A DNA stretch of 64,000 nucleotides from Polymyxa betae A26-41 (GCA_003693705.1 RBZT01000423.1:1-64000); one strand, 5' to 3'. Shown: positions 26,745-40,679, numbered from the stretch's first letter. The notes: a model not told the origin generated them from the sequence alone. Numbers and translations: made by a program.

Positions 26745-28165
26745 ATGAGCGAGGAAGACCTTCTATCTTCTGCCAATTGCGCCTTCTCTAGCGCCGATTT
26801 CGAAGATATCCTGACAGCAGAGGGTGTCGTTGACATAAACCGGCTCAGAGAAGTATGCCGTTGTTCGTAACCTCTGAGCTGAGTGCTGATGCTGCATTAG
26901 GCAAGCCATACTGGAATCCCTTCCAGCGTTCGTGGAGAAGTTTGGAAGTATCTTTTGGGGGTTTCAAACCCTGATCATAGTGAGAACTATAATGCACAAC
27001 GACGACTTCAGGAGGAGTTCCTTCTTATACAACAACGATCAATTGAAGTAAATATCTGTCACTTGTTTTTGGTATTCTGACTTTATATAGGACACAGATC
27101 CTGCGAGACAATTATCTCCAGATTTAATGAAGCAATTACGCGCCGAGATTCGACGGCATTTCGCTCATTTACAGCGACAATTTGAAGAGACAGAAGACGA
27201 CTGGGAAGGAACGTCACGGCCTGTCTTTGGATTGTCTCCAACGAATACATCCGACGGCGTTCTCGTTAACGGGTAATTAAATGCAATCGGGATCTAATGT
27301 TATTCGGTTAACTCTATTGAAGACAAGAAAACGTTCCGCGAGAAGACAGCGTCGATGGTACAGAGTTGTCTTCTTGCGGATCAACTGTGGCGACAGGCTC
27401 GGGTGTTCCGTATGATACAGAACGTCTGTATTTATTAGGTGAACATGCAGCTTATCATTCAGGTTATTTTTCTCAACATTCAATAGAGCGGTTAATTGTC
27501 ATGTATCTCTCTGCCAATAACGCAGAATTCCATCTTTCCCTGGTCTATCTGTTGGCTCCTTTCATGCATTGCATGCCCGACCCATGCTCAATTTACTTCT
27601 CTTTCGTTGCCCTTCAGGTACTTAACTTTTCACATGTATATGAGATTCTTTGTTGATTCAGATTAAGGATTATATCGAATCAATTGAAAGTGCTGGTATG
27701 GACCGCCTTTTAGCAAAATTTATGATGTTGTTTCGCACTTTTGAACCTGATTTGTGCAACCACTTTGAAGATGAAGAACTGAGACCAAATGAATGGGCTA
27801 TTCAATGGTATCTCTTCAGGTTCTCCGCTTTCAATAATCTCATTGATTGCGCCGTTCTAGGCTGCGACATTTACTTTGTGCAGAGTTGCCGTTCCTTTGC
27901 GTTCTTCGCCTATGGGATACATATTTTGCTCTTAGTTCCGATGTTGAATTACATATGTTTGTGTGTCTAGCTATTTTGAGCCTTTGCAAAGAGTCTTTAC
28001 TTGAATGCGACTATTCGGAATTGAAGGTTGTTTGTCGTTCATTTTATCTAAAATGCTGACTCATTTTAGGGCGCTTTACAACAACTTCCAAATTTAGATG
28101 TGGATCACATCTTAGCTTTAGCGAACAATATGCAGAGGCAGGCCCGGGTTGCATGGACTGTTTAA
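26745..28165 (+). CDS. TBC (Rab-GAP) domain protein
   Basis: GIPSSVRGEVWKYLLG, FEPDLCNHFEDEEL, AELPFLCVLRLWDTYF, HMFVCLAIL. Confidence 0.88.
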
Positions 28166-28273
28166 AAGTTTGACCTATACAGATTAGCTGGAAATGCGCT
28201 GGTTTTGCTAAACACGATTTACTGCAAATCTTTCTGTTCGCTTTACTATTCTCCTGCCGTAGTATTTATGTTA

Positions 28274-30297
28274 TTAAACTATTCTCTGCACTGAAGTCAG
28301 TTGGCTGGTATCTTTTGCGTCAGTGGAATATTTCTTTGTAAGTTGGCCCCAAATATACGTGTGTGCAAATATGGAACAGATTGTGATGTCAGCGACAATG
28401 TCAACCAAAGGTTTAAGAAGGAAATTCGTGACGATTGTAATTATTGTCGCCTTATCGCCATTCTTGTACGCTGAGCATTTTCATTTGTCAACAAGAATCG
28501 TAAGGTAATATGCACTAGTTTGATTTACCGATGAATGTCGTAAACAAATATGAAGGCAGCAAAAGGAGGAAAATGTATGAGCTTGCTAAAGCATTTCCTC
28601 TACCACATATGTACCTACACTCACAGTTACTGTTTTGAGTAGATAAACCATTGAGCTGAATATTACTCTAATAGGAACAACTGAAGAAAAAAGTAAATAA
28701 GAGGCTCTAATATCGAGATCCCTATGGTTAATAGGCTCAATAATGGCGACGTCGACAAAATCTGTGGAGAAAATTAACAACATCTTAGTGCTATTTAGTA
28801 GAACATTTACGTGGGTTTCCAAAATGATTTCTGCATTCTGTATGAATCGCTCCATTAAAACTTTCGCAAGTTCTTTGATCTGCAGTGCGACAGATCGCTG
28901 AGCAGGATTAGATGCAGGTCTAGCAACAGCTCCTGAACGATAAAATACCATGAGCATGGAATTGAATCTCGTCTTCGATAGTACCTAAGCAGATTCCAAG
29001 TCGGTGTCGTGTTGATTTTGCTTTGATCAGACTCATGGTCAGCTGATGGTTTTGCATAGACTCGCTGCAATTACATTCAATGCAAGCTTGGCTAGATGCA
29101 GCATGTAAGGCCTGATAATTTCAATCAAACCAAAAAAATTACAAATTAAATTATACCTTGAAGCGAGCAACTAAAAACTCGCCAGGCATCTGTGTCGTAT
29201 TTCCGCAATAATCTTCAGCTGTTCTTGTTTCAATCCAAAACCCAAACGGAACTGAACAAAACAATCTGTCCAAGAAGTAGAGGTTATCCGGTTTCAGCAT
29301 GGTGCCCGTGATAAATTCACGACGAGGATCATCAAGCTCGTAAACGAACCTTACTTGAACTCAATGCAATATAGCATAAGTGTGCTTAAAAGCTAACCTT
29401 GCAACGGCCATTTCGTCCAGAATGATTTTCGGCGATAAAAAGCACACGATAGGTTTCCTGAGCTTATCTTCTGCGTATGCCATGGAGAGAAATTCTAGAC
29501 ATCTGAGGTTTGCTTTTCTTGAGGATGTCATGCTGATTCTCAACACTGAAATCTAACGAGACAGTAGTTAGCAAACATGCAAACACATGCATAAGTTTAC
29601 CTTGACGCTGTTAATAGCAATCAAATTTTCTATAGGCGCGTCGTCCAATGAAGGGTCAAGAGGCTCTGCAGACAAGTGTGTTCGAAGAAACCGGTCCAAC
29701 ACAGAGCAAGATCCGCCGTAAAATAGTAACAGTATTCTTAGTCGATGCGTTGGGAATTTGGAGTTGATTGCAGCACGGATTGAAGCCAAAGTATCCTCTT
29801 GCGACTCATCACCTCGCAAACAGTATATTACTACAAAATCTCGATGACCTTTGATAGTCTCGTATTCATCCCGGAAACGTTCAACTGCCAATGATTAGCG
29901 ATCACGTGACATCCTTAATCCAACTTTAAAAACCTTCAGCTCGTGATGGAATAAACCGAGTTGCATCTATTGAGCATGCTAACTTAAACCAGATTACAAA
30001 TATCAGCAGAACCGCGTCAATGACAAAAACTATCGGCCAATGTTGAAAGAGATCGGAAGGCCATCGCCTGCCATTGAATAGATCAGGTATAGACAAATTG
30101 CTGAACACTGTCCAGAAGAATATGCAATTAAAAGCCGTAATGGCAATAATAAGGAGAAGTGGTATGATGCGTTTACGTGGCTCATATATGAATACATATA
30201 TGAGAGCTATCGTGTACCCGATATATGTGATAGCTATATGGTATAAACCTGAGACTAGATAAAGTCCCTGAACTATCTCCCAACCACCACCTGCCAT
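28274..30297 (-). CDS. multi-pass membrane protein, divergent GT2/chitin-synthase-like
   Basis: N-terminal TMs, a cytosolic segment with RTAEDYCGNTTQMPGEFLVAR, and C-terminal TMs ending ...HTYIWG. Confidence 0.55.
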
Positions 30298-30616
30298 TCT
30301 TTCAAATAGCCATATGCACAAGTTTCCCACAGACTATAAACGACACGTGTCATGTCTGATGCCATCTTGGTAAAGATATTTGTAAGAATTTTACTTTAGT
30401 AAACAAATCTCATCTGGATGAATTCCCTCCTTGCTTAAATGCTGAATTAGCCTCTATGTAATGAGTCAACTTGGCGTCTTAACTTATTTGACTCAATCAT
30501 TCATGTGGGTGGTATTTTGAAGTTTAATTGACACACATCTTTAATCTATTTCTATTGTTGTTAGGTTCGTCCTTGAATACGTCTGCCTTGTTTCAATCCG
30601 GTCCAGCTAGTCAACA

Positions 30617-32151
30617 ATGAGCAAATCAGAGCTGTTTGCTGCGTCTATAACAAAACCAGAACGCGCCGAGAATAAACCTAAAAATCCACCCTCCCAGAAG
30701 CAATCAACGACTCCATCGTCATTGTCTTTGACTGTGGCAATTGTTGCTGTGTGTATTGCTGGATTAGGCCCATTGATTACCCTAGACCTAATCTCTTTCG
30801 ATCTCAGCCAGTTCTGCATCCTAGCTCCAGCGCTATGCGAAAGTCCATATCTAGCTCCTCAGACAATGGATAAACCACTTACACACTATTCACAAGCCAT
30901 CTCGCTTGAATTCTTCAATCGCTTATCGATTCAGGTCAACACCTATTGGAAAGACTATTCAGGCGAAGAGCAATTCTGGTTTTCGATGGAACCATATTCG
31001 TACACGGGCAACATTTCGTCAATTCGAGGGCGTAATGAACCGATTCTGTCGAAACCCTAATTTGAATTCTAACCGTTACTAGATGTTTGGTCATTCCGGG
31101 CAAGCGACACCAACGAGCTTCTGTTTGAGGAAGTCATTACGCAGAATCATTGTGGCAAGATAATGATCGCCCCATCTGAACACATTGAGGCTCTTCGACA
31201 ATACTGTTCATCAACTGGTCGTGCTGTAATCGGTCACTGGCCACGAGCCCCATTAGTACGGCATGTTCCTCAGCTTGCTCCTTTGGGATCGAAAAAAGTT
31301 TTCCAATCCGATTATACTCAGTTTGAATCATACGAAGGCCGACTTCAATCTCAAGTCAAGGAGGTATTATAGATAACATTACACTTGCAATCTGTCATGA
31401 CTGTTTCTTTAGATTACGATTGAGACAATATCCACAAACCCTCATATGCTGCGTATCGATAATTTCTTGTCAGATGAGGAATGTGAGCATCTGAAGGAGA
31501 TCTCTGCAAACAGATTGCAGCTCAATCCAGATTCCTTGGAAGCTGCTTCCACTTGGTTAGAACATGGTGAATCTCCAATCGTTGCTGTCATTACCAAACG
31601 AATTTTCGATTTAATGGGATTTGATGCTGATGTGGAAACATTTTACTTCGCTGAAAAGATTCAAATCAGCAAATATGGCCATCATCAAGAGTATTTGCCA
31701 CATTATGATGCCATGGATTTCACAACAGCTCAACTATCGCTTCCTCATAACAGATATGCTACAGCTGTATGTATTCAGCGTTTAACACTCCATTTGTACT
31801 GAACTGTGTGATAGATGATATACTTAAATTCGCTTAACAACAAAGATGGGGGAGAAGATGTTTGGCCCAGAGCGAATGGGGCAGATGAATTCGCTCGAGC
31901 CCCATGTGATGCCGAATATCGCATATTGCCAAAAAAGGGCTCTCTGATTGTTATGTATTCGATGTTTGGCGATGGGGTAGTCGATGAAGCATCACTTCAT
32001 GGCTCATGTCCCATTAGAACAATTGATACAGAAAAATGGACAGCAAATATGTTTTTCTGGGTATGCTATTTCATTTATTCCCAGTCATAACTGAAAATGG
32101 TTTTAGGATCCATTCGTGCAATGGCCTGCTTTTGAGCAAACTGTTGATTGA
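30617..32151 (+). CDS. membrane-anchored prolyl 4-hydroxylase (2OG-Fe(II)) with VHL-beta-like domain
   Basis: IDNFLSDEECEHL, YLPHYDA (HxD), RYATA, SLHGSCPI, EKWTAN; N-terminal TM. Confidence 0.9.
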
Positions 32152-32466
32152 TCTCAATCTATCGAATATCTCCTACGTATTCGTATATTCTGATCATGTT
32201 TAAAATTCGTGGTTATAATAAAGCATAGATACTAGATTGTTGGTAAGTTGCCTTCTCAATGAGTAAAGTTTATCAAATGGGATGAGATGTCGTAGATTAT
32301 AATAAGGTATATTTGAGTTTACCTACGTAAGTTGAAGTTCACCTAAATTGACATATAGAATACACCGGGGTACAGTCCTGTGACAAACCAATATGGGATG
32401 CTTACAAGGGACCCTTAACAGTTAACTTTCTATTTTCCCATTCTCTCCGATTCAAACCTATTGTAC

Positions 32467-35122
32467 ATGGGACTTTTAGCTCTTGGCACACCTCTCTCTT
32501 GGCAGCAATCTCAACCATATCTAGAACATGTTAAAACCCATGGAATCGCTCAGTTCATTAACACTTATCGACGATTATCTAATCGCAGTAATGATGAATT
32601 GTAGGTGAATCGACTAATTAAACCACTTCTTACTAAGCCTTGACCGCAGTCTTTGGGGAGATGAGACCGAGTATTTGCTTCTTCATTTAGATCCAGAGAA
32701 AAAGAAAGTTTTTGCTCTCTGCCAGGCAGAAGATATTCTCGCACGTTTGAAGAAAATAGATGTCAAAGACAAAGTTACCTTTCATCCAGAATACGGTCGA
32801 TTTATGATTGAAGCCACGCCTGGCAAACCCTATGGAGGCTTCACTACAGATATCCAGTTGGTTGAGTCCAACATGCTGCTTAGACGCTACCTCATCCAAT
32901 CAGTTTTTCACAATGACAATGATCGACTGATCTCTATGGCTTCATTTCCTCTGCTTGGTGTCGGAGATCATGTAATTCCTGAATGTCCTATTGGTGGTCC
33001 CATTACACATTCTTCTTATGTTTGTGACACAATTATGAACCCTCATCCCAGGTACGTTCTTCTCTACCTTTGCCTTCAAGTTTAAGTATGTCCCAGGTTT
33101 CCTTGCTTAACAGCCAACATTCGGCAAAGACGCACTGAGAAGGTGTCAATAACTATCCCATTGTACAAAGACGCTGATGTAATTGCTGTCGATAAAGAAC
33201 CTAAAAGGAACCAGTTAGGAGATCTTCTGGAAGATACTTCCGATTTTATTCAGTATTTAAACGTTGCTACCGACAAAATTATGCTCTTACTTGTTTAGTA
33301 TGGATGCGATGGCGTTTGGGATGGGATGTTGCTGTTTGCAAGTGACTTTCCAATGTCGGAATATTGATGAAGCTCGCAATCTTTATGATCAGCTTGCTGT
33401 TCTTAGTCCTATAATGCTGGCATTAACGGCTGCTTCTCCTTTTTTTAAAGGTTGCAGACCACATAACTGTTAGTGTTGCTAATACTTCTGTTTCAGGAGC
33501 AATTGCTGACACTGACGTTCGATGGGATGTGATTTCTCAGTCGGTCGATGATCGAAGTCCATATGAGCGAGGGCTCTCTGATGATAAAGGTGACCGTGAA
33601 CAGTTTCGGCTTTCCAAGCCTCGTTATAGGTATCAGGCATTGTCGAGTTGTAGTGGAACTTTACTAACAGATTCCATAGCTCCATTGACTGCTTTATTGG
33701 AACAAGTTCGTCCATGAGCGATTCTTATAATGACATTCCAATTGCCTATCATGAAACTCATTATCAGCAATTATGCCAAGCCGATATTGATCATAGGTTG
33801 GCTCAGCATATCGCTCATCTGTCAGTTGATCTGGTCTCGATTCTTCAACACTGCTAATTTTGTCCGACCCAGATTTGTTCGAGATCCGCTGGTTATTTTC
33901 TCTGAGTAATATCAAGCCGCACGTGTATCTTGTATCTTTAAACCTCACGGTTAATCGTAGAACCATCGACATGGACGATAATGTAGAGACAGATCACTTT
34001 GAGTCCATTCAGAGCACCAACTGGAACTCTGTACGCTTTAAGCCTCGTAATTGCTTTTTCCTCTGAACTGATTATTTGATTAACTATCTCGTCAGCTCCC
34101 AGTCATTCCACAACAGGATGGAGAGTGGAATTTCGCACTATGGAAGTTCAAATGACTGATTTCGAGAACGCCGCTTTTACAGTTTTCATTGCTTTAGTGT
34201 CAAGAGCGCGTAACTTCATCACCTGCATAAATGATCAATACTGCTCACTGCTTTTCAGTTTTATATCTTGGCTTGGACTTCTACATACCCATCAGCCTAG
34301 TGGATTGCAATATGCAAAGAGCCCATACTAGAAATGCAGTCAATGTTGAAAAATTCCATATGCGGGGCCAGCCAAAATCCGATTGTGCTTCATGTTCTGA
34401 AGAAGCCAAATTTTCTATCAAAGAACTGACCATTAAAGAGGTTTGCATATGCTATATTTTTTATATTCACTTACGTCTTTTCACAAACAGATTATGTGTG
34501 GAGAGGGTTTTGATGAAGGCTTTCCAGGGCTATTATCATATGTGTCAACTTATCTCGACGAAATCCAATGTGATGAAGAGTCTCGGAAGCGTATCGATCA
34601 GTACATGGACTTCATCGAAGTCTGTTCTGATCTCACTTTGAACTCTCGTTAAGTATCCTCCTAGATGCGTTCGAGAGGCCACCTGCTGACGCTGGCGTCA
34701 TGGATGCGTGAGTTTGTTCGATCTCATCCTGATTACAAGCATGATTCCAAACTTTCTCATTCCATTGTTTACGATTTGATTGGGGTTTGTGACGGATTAA
34801 CATCAGGCAAAGTACACTCCAAGCAGCTATTGCCGGGTACTGTAGGCGATAAAATAGTGTCTCAAATATTTAAATTTGTTTGACAGAGTATGTTATGGAC
34901 AGTTCTCGGATTGCCGAAATACTTTCGGAATCAGGGATGGCACACAAGGAATCCGGTGTTCCATTATCTATTGACCTTGTTACAATGAGATCTGATATGA
35001 CTCCAGTTTGCGAGGTAATTGCCATAATTGCATCCAGCATCCTCATCTAAGCTGATTAATAGAAAATTCGCAATTCTATGCTGAAGCGTCGCGAGATATA
35101 TGAGAACATTGGTTCTTCATAG
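32467..35122 (+). CDS. GSH1: glutamate-cysteine ligase catalytic subunit
   Basis: [83 protein letters not shown]. Confidence 0.97.
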
Positions 35123-35155
35123 TCCATACTCGATTATGATTATAAACCATACCGC

Positions 35156-36730
35156 TTATTTACTACGCTTTTTGAACTGAAGCTATTTTATCAATTAGGT
35201 CATTGAGTTTTTCAATGCGGTCTGCGAACTGCAAATCATCGATGAATTCGGCCAAAAGATTCCCATTCAACATCGACTCGATTCCAAATTTTGACACTTT
35301 AATTCGATGCTCAGTAATTCGACCCTTAAGAATTTTGAGAAGTCAAACTTGACAGAAACAGTAATCTACCTGCGGGTAATTGTATGTTCTTATTCGCTCA
35401 TTTCTGTTGCCAGAACCCATTTGCGAATTTCTTAGGGTGCGCTCGGCCTGCAACGCTGCTTCTTTCTGCTGAGCATATACACGAGAAGTCAACACCTTTA
35501 ATGCTTTGGCTCTGTTCTTATGCTGTGACCTATTTCAGCATTTGGAACTGAGTTGAAATACCAAAGTTCGAAAACCAACCTTTCGTCTTGCATGCAGACT
35601 GTAATTCCAGTGGGGATATGTACCATTCGAACGGCGCTATCTGTTGTGTTGACAGACTGAAAATACATCAGCAAATGCAAGCTGATGCGCAGCATTATAA
35701 CCAACCTGTCCACCATTTCCACCACTGCGATACACATCCACTCGAATATCGTTTGCAGAAATCTTGCATTGAATTGTTGGAGATTCTGGTAATATGGCTA
35801 CCGACATTGCTGATGTATGGATTCGTCCTTGAGCAAGAGTCTAAGAAAAAAGAATTCACTGCGACATAACCAACCATTTGTTTCCGTTGCAGGTATTCGC
35901 TGAACTCTGTGGACACCACTCTCGTATTTCAGTGTTCCAAACACGTCCTTCCCAACAATAGAGGCTGAGCCTTCACGAAACCCGCCGACAACTCCAGGCA
36001 CGCATTCTGAATTTTATCATAACGTGATTTGGGTCTGTTAGAATGCACCAACCTAGTATGCTGAATTTCCATCCCTTCATACCAGAAAACTTCTCATACA
36101 TTCTGAAGATATCCTATACCCACATACCATAAAGATCTTGAAAGGCACAGTAGGCAAATACCTCAGTAAACAGAGATGCTTCATCTCCCCCTGTTCCTGG
36201 TCGCACTCTGCAAACTGACTCAGTTTAGAGATCGGAAGTGCAATCGGACTTTACTCCAGAATAGCAGAGCAGCAATCATCTTCGTCATTTGGAATCAGGG
36301 CATTTAACACTTCTTCCTAAAGCGCATGAGGCTTAAATCTAGGCTTGCAAAGAGGCGCTTACTTCTCGATAACGCATTTCCTGTTGAATGGCAACGATTT
36401 CATCAGCTGCGAGTCCGGCCATTTCTTTGTCTCTGAGAATCGGAGTAAAAAGCGAGTTGCTTGAGCACATAAATCGGCTGCTAACTGGATATTTTCCTGC
36501 TGAAACTTCTCTAAATTCTCAATTTCATTCTGAAATTTTCTTAGCAGCTGAAAAAGATCTGCAGCTGGCAAAAGCCGGCTAATAATCGAATCGCTAGTAT
36601 GTAGAATGGACCCGCTCATATCGAGCTGATTATACAGGGATGTAATTCGGCGAACAATCTGTGCTGTGGTGGACATACGAGTGCTGTGGCACGCTGTCTG
36701 GATATTCCTCAGACCTAACTTCTTGATCAT
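35156..36730 (-). CDS. MRF1: mitochondrial peptide chain release factor 1
   Basis: [26 protein letters not shown] (PxT), GGNGGQ|[20 protein letters not shown]; basic N-terminal presequence. Confidence 0.93.
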
Positions 36731-36869
36731 GATTTCAAGTTTGAAATTGGATATTTGCAAGAAATTGTCCCAACTTGATATGAGCGAGCCCCCTCCTATC
36801 CAGTCCGAATCATCACATCATGCGCGGCCTCCAACAGTCATTGTTTTAGGGTTTAGACTTTAGGGTATT

Positions 36870-38018
36870 TTAGTGTCGTTCTTTTAGATCTGTATCTGGA
36901 GGCTTTAATCCTTCGTAACATGTCAAACCGAATTCGTTCGTAATCAAGTCATTGGCGCCTTTCGAGATGAGGAATGATGCGATCTTATCATACTGATACG
37001 CGAAACAGTAATGGATCGGCGTCTGGCCTTGATGGTTTTGGGCATTGAGATTTGCCCCGTGTTTCAAACAGGTTTTGATCATTTTCTTTGCTCCGTTCTG
37101 GCATGCAATATGAAGAGTTGTATTACCATTTTGATCGCGAGTGTTAACGTCGACGCCCTTCAACGCCATTAAATTGGAAAAGAAGCACGACACTTGTAGC
37201 TTTACCTGACTAAACATGTCATCGACATTTCGATGCTTATTATTCTGCACATAATCGAAAAGTGTTTTCTGTATCTGCTTCGCTTGTAGATCTTCATCCA
37301 ATTTCTCTGACGACTCGCTCTCTGAGCCGTCTTCTGCGTTTGCTCCAGCATCTGCTGCCGCCTCTTTAGCTTTAGACGCTGCTTCTTCTTTAGACTTTGC
37401 TGCTTTTTGTGCTTTCAGTTCCTAAGAATTCATCATTAGAAATGCCTGTGTTTCTGGGATGCGTGCCTCTTCTTCTCGCTGCTTTTTCGCTGCAATAGCA
37501 AGCTGAATCCCAGCCTCAATAGTCTGCCTTGAATTCTGCTCTAAAGCAAGAGCTTGAAAATCGTATGCCTGGGCACGCTAAGCAATCCGTTAGAAACAGT
37601 TCTCAATACCTTCAGCGGTCGGCCATTGTTGAACTTATTGCCATAATCATCTGCAATAAGTTCGCTATTTGGATTATAGGTTGTATTGTGGCCTGTTTCT
37701 ATCTTAACTTCTAAGCCCCAAAGTTCGGTTGATTTCATACGAATATTAGCTTTCGCCATAGCAGTCGTTGAAATTGCTTTTCCAATGCAATTATTCATCA
37801 AACCAAATGGCTTCTTTTGAACTAGGGCAGTTTTTTCAGGCCGCTTTATATTTTCGATTCGTTTGGGATCTATGCAGATTTGTTTCTCTTTCGGAATCGC
37901 AGACAGCAAGGCGACTCCAATTGATGTACTGGCCCTATATGGAGGTTTCCTGGATGCATTTGAGTTTTCGTTTGTTTACCGGTCAGTAAGTATGACCTGA
38001 GTTTCTTGTATTGGTCAT
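36870..38018 (-). CDS. ankyrin-repeat protein (5' end uncertain)
   Basis: DVNTRDQNGNTTLHIACQNG, NAQNHQGQTPIHYC, preceded by a charged helical linker. Confidence 0.8.
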
Positions 38019-38589
38019 CAGAAATATATTCGACTGTCGATTGTCTTGGTCGGAAATCGAATTTATTGACCTTGTTGGGTCGGCGAAGAAGGACACCCTG
38101 ATATAGTGCTAATTCTGGATCGTACGGTTTAGGGTCTTTGTATTCTAAGCTATTACATCGTGCTGGCCTGCCTATGCAGTAATTTATTCGTCTTTTATGT
38201 TGTATTTCAAATACTCATACCTGACAGACCAAGAGGATTGGATTCAGAGTCTCCGACTAATTTCATCGACACCTTTTTGATCTTTTGGGTACCAGGTCTG
38301 AACTGATGTAGTCGAGCTAATTACCATGCTAGCGGGAGTATTAGAATTACTGAAATGTATTGAATGGAAAGACTTCGATCTACCGATAAAAGCTATTATA
38401 TCAATTGGTGACATGCCGAATTTGATCGCCAAATGTCCACTCGATGTATGCTTTCAACTGGCATTGCACAGCGCTTTAACAATATCTGAAAAAATCAAGA
38501 CTTTTTTGTGTTCCAGGTTCGATGTCATGTAATTTATACCAGTCAAACCCATCTTCAAAAATTGGGATATCTTGATTAATATTGTCCTT

Positions 38590-39293
38590 ATGCTCATTCT
38601 GTTCGCGATAATGATGGGTATGCTGCAAAATTTTGATGAATCTTTGTCATCTTATATCTATCTCAAATTTCATCACAATATTGCACCATTAGAATTGATC
38701 GGCAACAGTGTAGATGCAAGTTTATGGCTTGCACACTACAGTCTTAAACCCATGATATTCATCATGATTAGCACGTTTGCTATAGACCAGCGTTCATTAT
38801 CATCGAATGTTGCATGGGCATTATTTTCTAAAAATAGCCCATTATCTGTCATTTACGAGTGCTTGCTGGGCTCATCTTTGGCATTTTTAATTGAAATCGC
38901 CATCAAACGCTGGGCTCAACGAAAGCGTCCATCAACAGCCAGCGGTAATGCTTACTCAGTTTCTAAATCAGAGGAATATTCATTTCCTTCTGGTCACTCT
39001 ATGAGATCTGGAATGGCAACCGTAATTATACTGAATTCACAAGCCATTCGATGGTAACCAACAATCTTAATTTCTGTTTCTCTAACTGACATCTAATTAG
39101 GTGTTTGATTTCACAAACGATCACATTGACGTGGTTTATCTTGGTCCCGATAAATCGTGTTTTATCTGGGAAACATTACGTTGGTGATTGTTTGGTTGGA
39201 TATCTTGTTGGAATTGTGCTCGGTTTATGTTTAGTCTACACGCAGCTGTTTCACCTAACTATTCAATGCATTACAGCCTTATTGTTCTGGTAA
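38590..39293 (+). CDS. PAP2-family lipid/polyisoprenoid phosphate phosphatase
   Basis: KRWAQRKRP, YSFPSGH and RVLSGKHYVGDC motifs; TM segments. Confidence 0.9.
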
Positions 39294-39300
39294 TTAGAGA

Positions 39301-40361
39301 TCATGCTGTATTCAATAATACAATATCATCCATGTTTACAGTCTCATCATTTTCAGAATCTTCGGATTCATGTTGTGTGGGAGTAGACTGCCTTTGTTGA
39401 CGAATTCTCAAAGGTACATCGACATAGGCTTGAGGAGCATCTCGATCGACTAGCTCTCCACCCTTTTCAAGCTTCTCTCTTCGATTGTTAAGATCATCTT
39501 TTACAGCTTTGTCGATCAATTCTGCAAAAATTTCGGTTTGATTGCAAGCAAGCCGAATGCAATTCTTTAGCTGATCGTGCTCGATAGGAATGCCACCAGA
39601 TTTTGATATCAGGCAGATATGCTTTCTGATATTACAGGCAATTGTGATATGGGCTCCAGCAACCGCTGATTCTTTCTCTGTTGGATCTAAGATGACGACA
39701 TTATTGATAACGGCAAAGGTAGTGCAGACTGGAAGATGATGTAATTGCAATGGAACAGGAGCTCGTTCTTTCTCGGAATGAACTGTTAACTCAATACCAA
39801 CGACAGTTACTGATGGACGACAGAAATGTCGTAATGATGCTATTGCTGCTAAACAGATACAATCCATCAGGTTACCACACTAAATCCAAATATTAGACAG
39901 ATGATAACATACGAAGGCGTGAGTAGTCACATAGGAAAGAAGCAAAACATGTAATCTGATACCTGGTCAATAACAGCAATCTCAACTCGTAAATGCCAAA
40001 CTTTAACACCACTAAGAACACAAAGTGTTTCGAGATCGATAGCGCCAGAATCACGAATACATTTCTCAAGAGTATTCGATATGATAGCAGAAGCTTCCCT
40101 GTCACCAGACACATCGACAAAGAACCGGATCTGACCCTCAGTAGGACGTTCAGGAGATGGTGTCACTAAATCACTAGCAACACGAGCGAATGCTCGCGTT
40201 CTTCCAATCTGGACCAAGGCAGCACCCAGACGCCCAGGGAATGTGATATTTACAGATCGATAGTCAAATGGGCGGCGTCCATCGACACGATTGGGGCGTA
40301 ACTGACTTAAAGCGCTGACAATGAACTCCTTCTCTACATTTGAAATGAGAGCAGTTGCCAT
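39301..40361 (-). CDS. RRP45: exosome complex component RRP45
   Basis: ISNVEKEFI, RVDGRRPFDYR, PERPTEG, AIDLETLCVLSG, LRHFCRP, LDPTEKE. Confidence 0.93.
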
Positions 40362-40679
40362 TAGAAATCAGTTATAGAAATCTCTAAAAATGATGATACA
40401 GATCTCTACGCAGTCCTTCAAAATGGTAATTGCGAGCAATTCGTTACAAATATTGCGTCTCAACAACCATGATAATACGCTGTCAAAGATCTGAAGATGA
40501 ACTGAATATGACAGGCTTTAAAGAAAGTTTTCGAAAAAACCAAAATGGCGAATGTTTGGATCTTACATACAACTGATATGCTTCTCATTCGACTCAAAAT
40601 GAGCTGTAACGGATATTAACCAAAAAGGTTCTATTTTACATTATAATCTGATTCAGCTTGTGAATAATATCCACAAATT

